Positions 50,464-64,000 of a stretch of DNA of 64,000 bases are shown here, in pieces (the stretch's first letter is position 1; every line of letters begins with the position of its first letter). Source of the stretch: Octopus sinensis. Taxonomy: Eukaryota. The stretch covers positions 15,872,001 to 15,936,000 of the forward strand of contig NC_043008.1 in NCBI RefSeq assembly GCF_006345805.1, in the 5' to 3' direction. A program made the translations under genes and the position numbers. Below the pieces are notes generated by a model. That model saw only the letters and a list, made by a program, of their open reading frames with translations. It was not told where the DNA came from and did not search any database.

Positions 50464-53259
50464 ATGTTTCATTTAATTATTTAGAATGGCAATTTCCGAT
50501 TAAGGTGGTCATTTGTCTCGCTAAGTGTCATATTTTCGATGGAATGTGATGATATTGATGCTGAAATATAAACGGAGATATGTATTTCAAATATTTTGAG
50601 ACATTAGTTCAATATTCACAAATAGAAGAAAAGTACATGCAAAAAATACACCTGTAATATAATTTTAGTAATGGATTAGAACAGCTATAATTGACTTTGA
50701 TAATAATAAGATGGTAAGCACGAATAACACCATGTCCTATTTAGCGATAGTAAAATATAATAGCTGCATACTTAGAATAAATTCAACAATATTTTCATTA
50801 TCTAGGCGAGCAGCTGTATTAATCAGTATTTTCCATTCTCTGTAAGAACAATTATGCACTTGACTTTATTTACTTGAGAAAACACATTAATAACAGAAAC
50901 TCATTCCCTATTTTCTCTTTAGACAAAGCATTCGTAAATCGTACAAAATTCTGCTGACAGTCTAGCTTAAGTAAGAGACCTCAAGTATTCTTAGAGGTCA
51001 GATAGAAGACAGACTACAGTATAAAGATCGTATATCATCACCGAAGGATAGCTTTCGTATCCTTTTACGTCACTAGAGCAATTGGGAAATTCATAAATCT
51101 TATAGCATCCCTTTAGCTCTCTTTATATCACACAGATCCCTTGTGTCGTCTAAAGAAATATCTCAACGACGCATGCGATAGGTTTTGGCAAATTGTATCC
51201 ATTTCCTACTTACTTTTCAGTGTTTAACTCATTATATCAAATTTACCAGTGTCGTTACATTTCTGACTATCACTTCTTTTAACTATGCATAAATAATATA
51301 ACCCATCAATTTCAAGTAAAATTTTAGTGAGCATGTCACATAATTAAAATTGTATCACGCATTCAAATGTTAAGATATTAATACTAGTTATAGACAGCTA
51401 CTATGCAGATTTGCATAATTTTTCACTGAAAGAAATCCAAAAGCTGTCCTGAGGTAGGTCTCATTTCATAGCTAATAGGTTGCTAGTGGTTCATAGATAA
51501 TAATCTGTTTTTGCGGCATATATTTCAATGGTTTAAACGTTCAATCATCAATTTTTCTTTTAGTGGAGAGAAACGATCACATTTTAATACCAAAATTTAA
51601 TAAGTAGTTAAATGTAAGACCGATATTTTTGAAATGATGTTTTAAGACTAGTGTTACTAATAACTTAGTACACAAGAAATAAATACCAATATTGGGAATT
51701 TAACTCGAGCATAGATTGTCTCATAGTTTCGTTTGTGTTGCGTAAATATTGAAACAAAGATTTCTGGCGAGCTTTCGTTAACCAATTTCAATCAAAAGTC
51801 ATTTATTTGCAAGGGTTTGAGTATAAGAAACTTGGCGTCGGTGCCGCGCAGTGGCACTTAATCGGAACCTACGTGGTTGTAAAGCGGGCTTTTTTTAACC
51901 ACACAGACACACTTGCACCCCTGATCATGCCAGTATCTATATATTCAGCAATCGTTTCTAATATAAGATAAAATTACGTCAATAAATTGTAGACTGCAGC
52001 TATATGTAATCCGCTGAAGGCTTAAATAATATCACTAATCCCTTAAGTAACTTTAGTTGAGCGCACATATTGAAAATAGTTCTGACAGTTTTGAAACTCT
52101 GTTGCGCAAATTGAGACCGAATCTAAGGATACGGTCTCATAAGTCAAAAAATTCACATTACGCATATAAAAAGTCATATATAAAATACATTTAAAACGTC
52201 TATTCAAGGGGTATACGATCACAGTGCAATTACTATGAAATCGAAATTATGGTAGAAATTATTGGAGGAGCAAATTTCATTATAAGTACTCCATCAGAAC
52301 CCAAATACAAAATTTATATTTCTGGTATAGGAATTTCCCGGGAAATTAAAGTACCGGATGATGAACGTCGCATAAATACTAAGTAATTTACATTTCATAA
52401 TGTCGATAAACCAAGTTCCAATTATTCTACAACGAGATATCGTTTGAAGAAAATGGCATAGGTTACGTATACGTGTGTGTGTATGTGTGCATGTATGCAC
52501 GCATTTATGTGTAATATAATAATATATATATTATATATATATATTTATATATATGTGTATGTATATATATATAATATATATATATATAATATATATATAT
52601 ATATACATACATATATGTATATATAATATATATATATATTAATATATACATACACATATATATATACACACACACACACACTATATATATATATATATAT
52701 ATACAAAGACACACAAACACATACATGTATGGATATCTACGTATATGATTATATATTTATACAACACATATACATAAAAGTTTAAAAAATGTATATATAA
52801 TATATATAAATACATATACATGTATATACACATATATACATATAAATATACATATATCTATCCGTCTATACAGACACATATATTTCATGTAGAAAGAGAT
52901 ATTGAATGTGTTAGAAAAAGAATAGTTTCAATATATTAGGTTTGTAGCCAATTTTAGTAGGGAATTAGGAGATAAATATAAATAGCGAAAGGAAGAAATC
53001 TACAATATCGAGATCCTCATATACCTTAACAATTTCTTTCATGAATAAAGAAGTGAATCGATGTGAATGGTCGAAATATTCAATTACATATTAATGATAT
53101 CCGAAATTGAGTCAGCAATAAGACTTACATTATTTGTGAACAGAAAATAATTGAGAGATACGGACACATACCACGCAAAAATAATAATAAAAAAATGGAA
53201 TACTGTACAGCGAAATGCACCTGTACTATAACACATATATATGTTTCGTATATAATGCG

Positions 53260-53359
53260 NNNNNNNNNNNNNNNNNNNNNNNNNNNNNNNNNNNNNNNNN
53301 NNNNNNNNNNNNNNNNNNNNNNNNNNNNNNNNNNNNNNNNNNNNNNNNNNNNNNNNNNN
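53260..53359. other. Assembly gap (100 N)
   Basis: Run of exactly 100 N; probably a placeholder of unknown true size. Confidence 0.98.
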
Positions 53360-53569
53360 GTATTAATACATATCGTGACACGAGGCAAATGAATTATCAG
53401 CCGTACAGGTAAATTAATAAAATTATACATACAATATTAGCTATGCACATACGTACACAAGTGCACTCCATGAGCAACTACATTGCTAAAAGTAGATGTC
53501 AAAAATACTTCTGCGCCACCGCATACTCACAAATCTACTACAGACATGATACGATAAGATATTGTATTA

Positions 53570-53602
<33 letters not shown>

Positions 53603-54415
53603 CCTTTATATCTCATTATATACATGCGTGCTTCTACGTGAGAGTGTTCTGTGTGTGTACGCACGCTGCATGTGTATATGACATATAATGTATTTTTAAA
53701 ATTGTTCTATGAACAGTCTATTTCGTATTATATAAAACCACAAAAATATCAATAAATTTTTCAAAACTACTGACAAATTTGTATATAAGAACTAACATGG
53801 AACTGTTTCTGTACAATTTTGCATTTGAGTAATGGTTAAAAAACAAAGTCGCTTACGGTTATAGTCTTCTCTATAATATATTCCCTGTGCAGGATGTATA
53901 GTTTAAGTTCCACTATTAGATGCACAGTGTATTTCAGAATACTATACTATGCAGTGCATAATTATTTGAAATTTCGTCTCCTCGTACAGCATTTAATTAT
54001 TTTTAACCATTTGTAAGTTCTTCCCTCGTAATGATCCACGTTGCTTATGTATAAAGCAATGGTTGAATTATCGATTATTCCTGCTCTTCTCAGAATAAAT
54101 CGTAATGCAGTTCGCTGGCTCTTACATTTGATCTGTGAGGTTAACTGATAAGCTTGGTTTTAAAAACTAGCGTTTGATAAAGATGATCTTGTCTCTTGAT
54201 GTCTTGCGATATACAAGTCAATTATGCTAGCACTTGATAAAAACAGTCCCCATATATCAAGCATGATTGATGATTGGTTTCAGATTACAACACACACACA
54301 CATGCACACACATGCACACACACAAGCATTCACACGAAAACACACACACAGAAACATCCACATCCACACATAACTTCGTGTATGTGTATATATATAATGT
54401 CTCTCTCTATATATG

Positions 54416-54455
<40 letters not shown>

Positions 54456-54650
54456 CTTCATATACTGACATAGCATGCGTGCGTAAATGTCCTTTTTCAT
54501 ATATAGCTATATTATTATATATATTTATATATAGGCATAATGTATACACATACAGACACACACAAATATATATATGTATATATATAAAATATTATATAAT
54601 ATATATATATATCATATACATATATATACATATCTATATGTATATATTTA

Positions 54651-54695
<45 letters not shown>

Positions 54696-54723
54696 TATAC
54701 ATATCTATATGTTATATTTTATC

Positions 54724-54767
<44 letters not shown>

Positions 54768-55284
54768 ATAAAAATATATACTTTATGAAGGATAAATTTG
54801 TTACATAATAGTATTTACAAAAGTTTGAGTTGATAAATGCTAAATCAGATTAAAGAAAGTTTGCTGCTCGTTTTCCAGACTTATGCATGCAACGTCTGCT
54901 TTATCTTTTTAGCGTAAGTTAATCCAAACACTACTCCCTTTGATTATAACCATCGTTGTTGTTTTATCTATTTAGCAGAACTTGCTGGGAGAAACATGGG
55001 CGTAGAACGTTAACGATTGTGTAATATGCAGTAATTAAATTAAGTATAGCATGTTACTATTACTATATCTAATTCCATGTCCATACGGATTCCATTTGAT
55101 AACATGCTTTTAAATATCTATAAAACTTTTCTAAAATGATCTTAATGTTCTTATAAAGTGAATTTACAAAATTTAAACAATGTTTGTTTCTTTGAAAAAC
55201 GTAAGAATAAAATATTTTTCCGTATTTTCATATTTTGGTTTCTATCCTGATTATCTACACACTTCTGTAATATTCTTCTATTGT

Positions 55285-55775
<491 letters not shown>

Positions 55776-56780
55776 ATATCGTTTATATAATTGCATTACC
55801 TATACCTGTACAAATACGTTACGATATGCAGATTCCATGCTTTAAACAGATACAAAATGTTTACCTGTTTATTCTTTATTTCATTGAAATACGCATGCCA
55901 ATCGATATCGGTCTGTTTTAGTCTCAAAACTCAGCATTTAGTCAAATGAATCAATAGGATTACTACCAGGCAGGTCCAATAACAAAAAGATGAAAACCTA
56001 AAATCCATATAGCATGAAATTGTAATATTATCACTAATATCATTGTCATAATTATAAAAAGCAAAACCGGTAGACTGATTAAAAGTTATATCATACACAT
56101 ATTTATGTATGTATGTATGTATCTGTTTGTTTGTCTGCCTATCTATCTCTATATATAAACTCTCCATATATATTACATACATATAATATATATTATACAT
56201 ACATATATATTATATATATATATATATATATATTATATAATATATATATAATATATATATTATATGTATGATGCATATATATTTATATATATATATATAT
56301 ATATTATATTATATGTAGGATATTTAATGTGAGAAATGCTTATTCTGATTAGATGCAAGTAAGTTTGTACGTACTGTATGTAACAGGACTAGATAGAGAA
56401 TGTAACGTGCGACATCTAGGTCTTATAAGAGAAATTTCTGTGAATAATGTACGGCAGTTATACTGGATACACAGCTGTTATATTTCCTGAAACTATGATA
56501 TCTTGTCGACCCCTGAGGACACGAAGTCAATGATGTGACCAAATGTAATTAAAATCACCCTGAAAGTAAACACTATTGTAATAGTGACGGAATAATCAGT
56601 GTGTGGATACAGTGCTTTTGTAAGATGGAGGTTTTATTGTGTTTGTCAATTTAGTAATTCGTTATTAAGCAAAACAAACAGATGTTCTCAGAGTAAGATA
56701 ATAGAGCGCATGTAGCTGGAAATTATTATCACAGCGCAATAATCATATCCGAGCTCTTACAGAAAAGCATTACAGCTTAC

Positions 56781-56912
56781 TTGAATAGGAAATACTTGCT
56801 AAAATATTGTGTATCCTTGGAATGTGTAGAGGTAAAATTGTATTGAGGGTGGTGTACAAGGGATGATGTAGTCATGCGATGAGCTGAGTTCAGTGGACGG
56901 AGCATATATTTT
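56781..56912 (-). CDS. Candidate 132-nt phase 2-2 exon, product unknown
   Basis: Acceptor CTTCAGTCCTCTAACTGTAG, donor CAA|GTAAGC, open frame KYMLRPLNSAHRMTTSSLVHHPQYNFTSTHSKDTQYFSKYFLF. Confidence 0.35.
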
Positions 56913-56934
56913 CTACAGTTAGAGGACTGAAGGT

Positions 56935-57010
56935 GGAGGCGCAATAATCCAGTGGTTAGGGCAGCGGACTCGCGGTCGGAGGATCGTGGTTTCGATTCCC
57001 AGACCGGACG
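56935..57010 (+). mobile_element. SINE family D head only
   Basis: GGAGGCGCAATAATCCAGTGGTTAGGGCAGCGGACTCGCGG...GGTTTCGATTCCCAGACCGG. Confidence 0.85.
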
Positions 57011-57027
57011 ATGTGTGTGTTTATTGG

Positions 57028-57699
57028 AAATGCCACGAAGCATTTCGTCCAGCATGCTAACGACTCTGCCCTCTCGCCGCCTTTATAATAATCCTTTCTA
57101 CTGTAGGCCCAAAGCCTGGAAAATTCTGCGGGGATGGGATTAGTCGATTACAACGAACCCAGTGCATAACTGGTTAATAATTTATCGACCCCGAATGGAT
57201 GAAAAGCAAAGACGACTTCGTCTGAATTTGAACTCAGAACGTAGAGCTGGATGAAATGTCACACAGCATTTCGTCCAGCTTGCTAACGATTCATATTTCT
57301 TTATTGCGCACAAAGGGCTAAACAGAGAGGGGACAAACAAGGTCATTAAGTCGATTACATCGACCCCAGTGCGTAACTGGTACTTAATTTACCGACCCCG
57401 AAAGGATGAAAGGCAAAGCCGACCTCGCCGGAATTTGAACTGAGAACGTAGCGGCAGACGAAATACCTATTTCTTTACTACCTACAAGGGACTAAACACA
57501 GAGGGGACAAACAAGGACAGACAAACGGATTAAGTCCATTACATGAACCCAGTGCGTAACTGGTACTTAATTTATCGTCCCCGAAAGGATGAAAGGTAAA
57601 GTCGATCTTCGCGGAATTTGAACTCAGAACGCAGGGGCGGGCGAAATACTACAAAGCATTTCGCCCGGCATGCTAGCATTTCTGCTAGTTCACCGCCTT
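57028..57699 (-). mobile_element. Tandem array of family A SINEs (head fragment plus three copies)
   Basis: Units ~57092-57292 (tail 2), 57293-57467 and 57468-57699 (tail 1). Confidence 0.9.
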
Positions 57700-58020
57700 T
57701 CTAATAATAATAATAATATTAACAATAACAATGACAATCATTGTTAACTCAATCTATCTTGCAAGAACATTGTTTTTCTGTAGTATAACATATTGCTTAT
57801 AAGTATTAGCTATGACTAAAAACATTTGACGTCTAGGCAACTTTTAACGAAAAGTAATGTCATAAATATTAATGAGTCAGAAAAATCATACTAAGATAAA
57901 TAGCACCTGTTTTTAATACTGCTAGTGTAAAAGCCAATTTGTTGTATAAATATAGCATCTACATTACATAGACTTTCATAAATATAGTCGTGCTTGCGTG
58001 CATGTATAAACGTGCGTGTA

Positions 58021-58065
<45 letters not shown>

Positions 58066-58073
58066 ATATATAG

Positions 58074-58104
<31 letters not shown>

Positions 58105-58109
58105 TATAT

Positions 58110-58140
<31 letters not shown>

Positions 58141-58930
58141 GTATAATGTATGTATATATACGTGGTTGTGTGTAAGATACATATTCTTGGAGTTTTTCGG
58201 GAAAATAATTGCAATTTGTTAATTCTCTCCCGGGGTTTATATGTCTATTCTAGCATGAATAATCAGTATTGGTCTGGAAACTTGCCTGCTTTCTACTATA
58301 CGTCTCAACAGATTTGGCAGTGTAGTGTAGTTGTTTAGTTTACCTGTAAAATATATATGAAAACACATTTTCTAAAACGCAGTTTCGGTGTTGCTGATCA
58401 ACTGAATTTATATCGTAGCTGAAATGACAGAGGGACGGTAGCTCAATTTTTAAATTTTCTGCCATTACAAACGTGTTTGATGACTAATTCTAATAACTTG
58501 CAGAAGTAATCCAAGTTAGTAGAAACATTATTTCATATATTCCAGCTTCACATGGATTTAGTAAATGTTTATATAAAGGAAATGGTATAGTGATAACTGC
58601 TATGCTTTCGAAGATTCGGCAGTATATAAATGGCGACATTTAAATGTAATGGAATTGGTTGAAATTGAGACAGTGGCGCATAAAAATCACGTTGTATACA
58701 TTCGACTGGATGCAATTTCTAAGAATATCATATATGTATTTTTGTGTGTGAGTGCGTGTGGATGACGTGTATATACATACATTGTATGTATATATATATA
58801 TATATACATTCACCTACATAAAGATAGAGAGATATCTAGGTAGACAGATATACAATGTTTATGTGGATGTATGTGTCTAAGATATATAATACACACATCT
58901 GTTCGTATATATATAATATATATATATTAA

Positions 58931-59020
<90 letters not shown>

Positions 59021-59121
59021 ATGTGTTAATTATATATATAACTATATATACATACATGGATATAAATAACGTGTTAATCATATATACACATATATAACTA
59101 CATAAAACACACACACAAACG

Positions 59122-59166
<45 letters not shown>

Positions 59167-59833
59167 GTACATATGTGCATGCATACATATATATATATAA
59201 ATATGCATGCACACAAAACTTTTGTGTACATTTATATAGAAGAGGAAGACGCTGTGTTACTCAGATATTTATTCTTTTTTGTACAAAAGCAGTAATATTA
59301 TTATATGATGCACTCAGATGTAAGTAACTCCTACCCAGAATTACAACTCTTCGGCATTGTCAATTATATCATTGTGAGACTCGATAATGGATAGGCTTGA
59401 ATAATATAAATGGAAAAAATGTTTGTTTCCGCCTTGGATGGAAATACATAAAAGATATAAAATACGGTTTTCTGTTAGCCATGAAAATCCGTTTAGTAAA
59501 TAAATGAAGATATGTCAGATAGTCTTCGAGTCAGCTTGTCTCGCTAAGTTATCAAAGAAAGACTTGTTTAAATACAATGCACACAAGGATGAATAAAATA
59601 GCAAGTCAATATAAGAACTTATTCTTGCCTGCGTGATGAGTGATGAGTTCATTACCCTTATATTACTGCCGTTACTGCTTGTGGGGAATTTCCCCCTTCA
59701 TCTATACCTAAGACGTGGGTATTTAAAGATAAAACCAGTAGTAAAGTAAGCTGATATAAATACAATGAACTAATACAGCAGTTACGAACTTGAGCGGCTG
59801 TAGGCGGTGATATTAATTCAGTAATTGATGACA

Positions 59834-60157
59834 TTATCTAAGGACAATTGTCTCTGAAAAACCCGTATTATTTAGTGTTGAAATATATCCAGGTAACCTT
59901 CTAAGGCGTGTTGGTAGTAATAAGTGAGCAATGGATTTATCATACAATAGGCTGCGTGAGCCTGAATGCGCCATACAAATAGGGATCTCTATCCTTCCTA
60001 GATCGTTTAAAGGGATACAGTTAAAGTTAATCTTAAATAGACGCGAATTTAAAGCAACGGGGAAATTTAAAATGTATTGTGAATGAATCAAAGAGAAGTG
60101 ATGTAGTCCTGAGGAGAAATTGATGTGCTTCTCGTTAATGTAGTCAGTGATAGACAA
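59834..60157 (-). CDS. 107-codon non-repetitive ORF, possible exon
   Basis: Internal acceptor CATCAATTTCTCCTCAG at 60109; frame GLHHFSLIHSQYILNFPVALNSRLFKINFNCIPLNDLGRIEIPICMAHSG...; no recognised domain. Confidence 0.3.
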   Translation of the reverse strand: MSITDYINEKHINFSSGLHHFSLIHSQYILNFPVALNSRLFKINFNCIPLNDLGRIEIPICMAHSGSRSLLYDKSIAHLLLPTRLRRLPGYISTLNNTGFSETIVLR

Positions 60158-60593
60158 TGTGTATGAGAGGAGATGTGCAGAGACAAACGCATTCGGTGTG
60201 CTGTAATATAAGAAGGAAACCTAAAACAAGAAGACACATTTGTCACTATCGTGTCATTGGGAGATAGTGAATATATGTATGTATGTATGCATGTAAGTAT
60301 TCACGAGTTAAAGTCTATTTCTCAGCACATTGGCATATAGCTTTTTTCTTTTGCCCTTATTTATAATTGTTTGTAATTTTCACCTTAAATTATCTGGCTA
60401 CGATGAAATATAAACCAAGATAAACTATATTAATAATAAAATAAGTGAAAGAAATGAAACGTCTCGATAAAGTGTAATACAGCCATACCAATCCTTATCA
60501 ATAATGATGTAAAATTTGCAAACATTTTATGGAATTAGACAGGACTGAAAATATATGTGAACCAAGCAACTTAATAATACGTCAGAAGATACA

Positions 60594-60914
60594 TCTCTAT
60601 ATATAAATGGCAAAATGTCTGCGTGCGTATCCTTTATACAAATCCACAATTTTTCAGTTAGAGGGCTCGCACTTTCTATGGTCATTTAAAACCGTCCAAA
60701 GGTGGTCGTACATATCTTTACATTTCCCCAGTCACCCCGCAAAGCAATTAAAAAAATCAATAGAAGTGACTGTTTTGTTAATTTTCTATCCAAAACCCAA
60801 TCAAAATGCCCGAAACTTGATACGCCAATTGAATGCTAGCTATCCGTATGTGATTGGTTGGAGATTTGGACAGTAGTCGAGTATGTGCGCACGCACGCAG
60901 CTGTATATGCATGT
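60594..60914 (+). mobile_element. Helitron-like element 5' part
   Basis: Begins A|TCTCTATATATAAATGGCAAAATGTCTG, the usual 5'-TC plus TATA-rich start; matching 3' end not clear. Confidence 0.45.
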
Positions 60915-60947
60915 ACTAGAATTATGACCCGGCGTTGCCGGGTCATA
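60915..60947 (-). mobile_element. Helitron 3' terminus
   Basis: 11-bp hairpin TATGACCCGGC-AAC-GCCGGGTCATA followed by ATTCTAG|T on the minus strand. Confidence 0.7.
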
Positions 60948-61799
60948 TTGATAGTACATAATAAAGCTTTACTCTAAAGTAACAAATATTGTCCAACTTT
61001 ATTTCACTAGAAAAAATCAAGGATATCCGAATGAATTATATATTAATTAATGAGTATAAAATAGCATGAATGTAATCCTGCTTTATTCTGGATTCTTCAC
61101 ATTAAAGACTATAAGATAGAGAAGTATCAGTATATTTACTCGTTTTGGTGGAAGCTGTAACAATTATCCTTGAAATCACATTCTACCGTTTTGAGAATAA
61201 CACAGTAGATCTTGTGGTTCTAGCACATTACCTTCGAATACTCTTGGCCTCATTTGTAACACATTTACTAGCAGAGGTTTGAGTAATTTGAACTGACCTG
61301 GAATTAAACAACAAAAAGAACAAGAGCGATGGAAACATAACTCATGCAAACGACAACAAGTATATCTTCACGGGCTCATTAAACTCATAATAAATGCTAT
61401 TACGCTATTACAACATTCTATAACTCACAATGGAATAGATTCCAGAATTGAATAATATTGATATAATAATTATAATGTTAATATAATAATTAGGACGTTG
61501 AAAATTATCATTGAAATTCTCTATCGATTTTTATCCTCAGATTGTAAGATATGCTTAATAGTGCTTGCAGTCTTTTAGATTTTGTATAAGACTGGCATTG
61601 TCATTTTTGCATATGTTTATTGGTGCCAGTGTTGTTGTGAATTATATCGTGGACAATGGAAACAATGTCAGACACTGAGGCATACGTTATACGGTTCTAA
61701 AACGCAGTTATACGTTAAGACTCACACACAAACACACGCAAAAACACACACACACACGCAAACACACACATACACACTTGTATATCTATATATCTACCT

Positions 61800-61822
61800 A
61801 TACACCTACCTACCTATCTATC

Positions 61823-61867
<45 letters not shown>

Positions 61868-61877
61868 ACTATCTATC

Positions 61878-61948
<71 letters not shown>

Positions 61949-61952
61949 ATAA

Positions 61953-62007
<55 letters not shown>

Positions 62008-62008
62008 C

Positions 62009-62043
<35 letters not shown>

Positions 62044-62055
62044 ACTATCTATCTA
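61800..62055. repeat. Long (ATCT)n microsatellite
   Basis: Direct reading. Confidence 0.95.
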
Positions 62056-62239
62056 TATGTACATTTGCATAAATATAATCAGCGAGCTGTGAATATATTG
62101 TTGTATAAATTACGCAAAAAATGAAAGTAACACTAACCTCTCGTTTTAACAGACATATTTACCAAAATTACATAAAATTATCTTAAAATACTAAAGAGTA
62201 GATTTATTCTTGGGGGTGGGGATTATAAAATCAAAGGGG

Positions 62240-62724
62240 ATTATAAAATCCCCATTCGCTTCAACCATGGACTCCAGACAACTTCGAAATCTTCTGCAAC
62301 TCTTCTGGAAGGTCTCCTTGTTTATGTTGGGAATGCTGCTAGAATCCCTGCCTTCAGTTCATCTTTGGTGTTACAAGGAGTTTTTTTGGTCCCTCGCACA
62401 ACTATGCTCTTCACATGAAAATCAAAGGCGTTGCAGTCTGAGGAGTAAGGTGGCCAAATGTTAGGTGTCATGTGGTCGCAGAAATTTCCTGATTGTCATG
62501 ATTCGGTTATCCTGTTTGTGTGATATGGTGTAGAGTTGTGTTGCCGGATATAGGGTCTTCCATCAGCCACCCTCTTGACCCAGGGCAGCACTAACTCGTC
62601 CAGTCCCTTTATGTAAGACTCCTGTTGACAGCGAGAGTGAGAAGATAAATGGAGCATAACTGCGTCATGATGCCGACTGGATATTTGATCTTTATCATTC
62701 TCAGTACATGTTTTGGATACACAG
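62240..62724 (-). mobile_element. Tc1/mariner-superfamily transposase fossil, maT (DD37D)-like
   Basis: KYPVGIM...YIKGLDELVLPWVKRVADGRPYIRQHNSTPYHT...NFCDHMTPNIWPPYSSDCN...NKETFQKSCRRFRSCLESMVEANGDFI; stops and deletions. Confidence 0.8.
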
Positions 62725-63497
62725 AAGATCCGTAATTTGCTATATGAAAACCGTTCCGTGTATATAAAGACAATATGCATACAGTATGAATTCGTGTGAC
62801 AACAACACACGGGATTATTTTTGAAGATCTGATCATGAGCAAAACAGGTGCGCATTTGTCCCTGGGGTGCTTAGTGATGAACAGAAGGAAAGATGCGTTG
62901 GTGGCAGCGGGCAGATAGGTCATCTTATTAACTCCAATCCAAGGGTACTGAATACCTGGTAACCTGTGACGAAACCTGGATCTACAAAGTGCCCAATCGA
63001 AAGATCCTGGCTCTCTAAACCCAAGAAGGCGAAATGAATTAAGTCCAACGTGAAGAACATAATAATCCTCTTTATCAGAAGTGAAGTAACGTCATCCAAT
63101 CGGTTACCTCTACCTCTAGCCACGCCGCCAAAGAGTCTTTTGTTTTGAGTTTTTTCATGGAAAGATTTCATTGCAAAAGAATAGAGCCCTTCAACTGCCT
63201 GGCAACAATGCCTGACGATAATGCACCAGTCCACAATTCCATTGTGGTAAGCAAATTCTTGATAGAGTGGGACACCAAAACCCTCTCTCAATACAATCCA
63301 GATATTTCCCGTCGTGGCATTTCATTGTTCTTCAAACTGAAGGAAAACTTCAGTGTTTTGGAAGATTGGAAAGATGGACGAGACTGTGACAATGGCCCTA
63401 GGCGGCTTTAATTTGAAAGAATATCAAAGGGCCTTCATAGGTTGGCTGGTACGCCACAAGAAGTGCATTAAGCTTAAATAATTCTAATTTGAATAAG
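62725..63497 (+). mobile_element. mariner (DD34D-like) transposase fossil
   Basis: IIFEDLIMSK...FVPGVLSDEQKERCV...YLVTCDETWIY...DDNAPVHNS...YNPDI...FFKLKE...KKCIKLK; frameshifted. Confidence 0.85.
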
Positions 63498-63880
63498 ATT
63501 AGTACTTTGTACACTTTGAAATTTGTATAATTTTGCAAACAAAAAGAAAGTTTAGAAGAGAGTTCAAACGCAGATGCATTTATATGTGTGTTTTTCAGTA
63601 TATACACACGTATCTGTGTATGTTTACATGCATACACTACACACATAGAAGTAAACACATACACACGGCCTCACACATAAAGGCACCAGTGCGCATGTAC
63701 ATTGCGTGTAGTAGAGATAGCGCTAGTTTCATAGTACCATTATTTCTTCCTCATTCGCTCATCTAATATTTAAGAACTCGGCGTAAATGAGAAATCCAGT
63801 GACGATCACTCGCACGAATATGAACACGAATAGACATACATATACATAAGCAGATACGTATATATATGTGTGTGTGTGTT

Positions 63881-63979
<99 letters not shown>

Positions 63980-64000
63980 CACATACATACATACACATAT

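Noticed and set aside
53125-53430. ORFs spanning the N run
   Set aside because: Artefacts of translating through an assembly gap

Overview
64 kb of very AT-rich, microsatellite-dense eukaryotic DNA. The SINE families and repeat landscape look like an octopus (coleoid cephalopod) genome; this is recognition from memory, not a database result. Nothing prokaryotic is present (no operons, CRISPR, rRNA or intact tRNA), and most ORFs in the supplied track are microsatellite or SINE translations. Supportable content: about 30 tRNA-derived SINE copies (my labels A-E, several with clean target-site duplications); decayed R4/Dong-like and CR1-like LINE RT fragments; Tc1, maT-like and mariner transposase fossils; Helitron-like ends; local duplications; one 100-N gap; and scattered candidate exons on both strands that I cannot assemble into a named gene. 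The most notable signal is a set of minimal type I hammerhead-ribozyme motifs in two repeat families with Penelope-like hallmarks. One is a ~520 bp fold-back element whose two arms carry complementarily damaged hammerheads. The other is a (TA)n-anchored ~190 bp family, with one copy retaining an apparently intact core. Also notable: a 150-nt exon-like segment broken by a single UAG, a stop-containing 90-nt cassette between inverted SINEs, and SINE concatemers with a base-identical junction at two loci.
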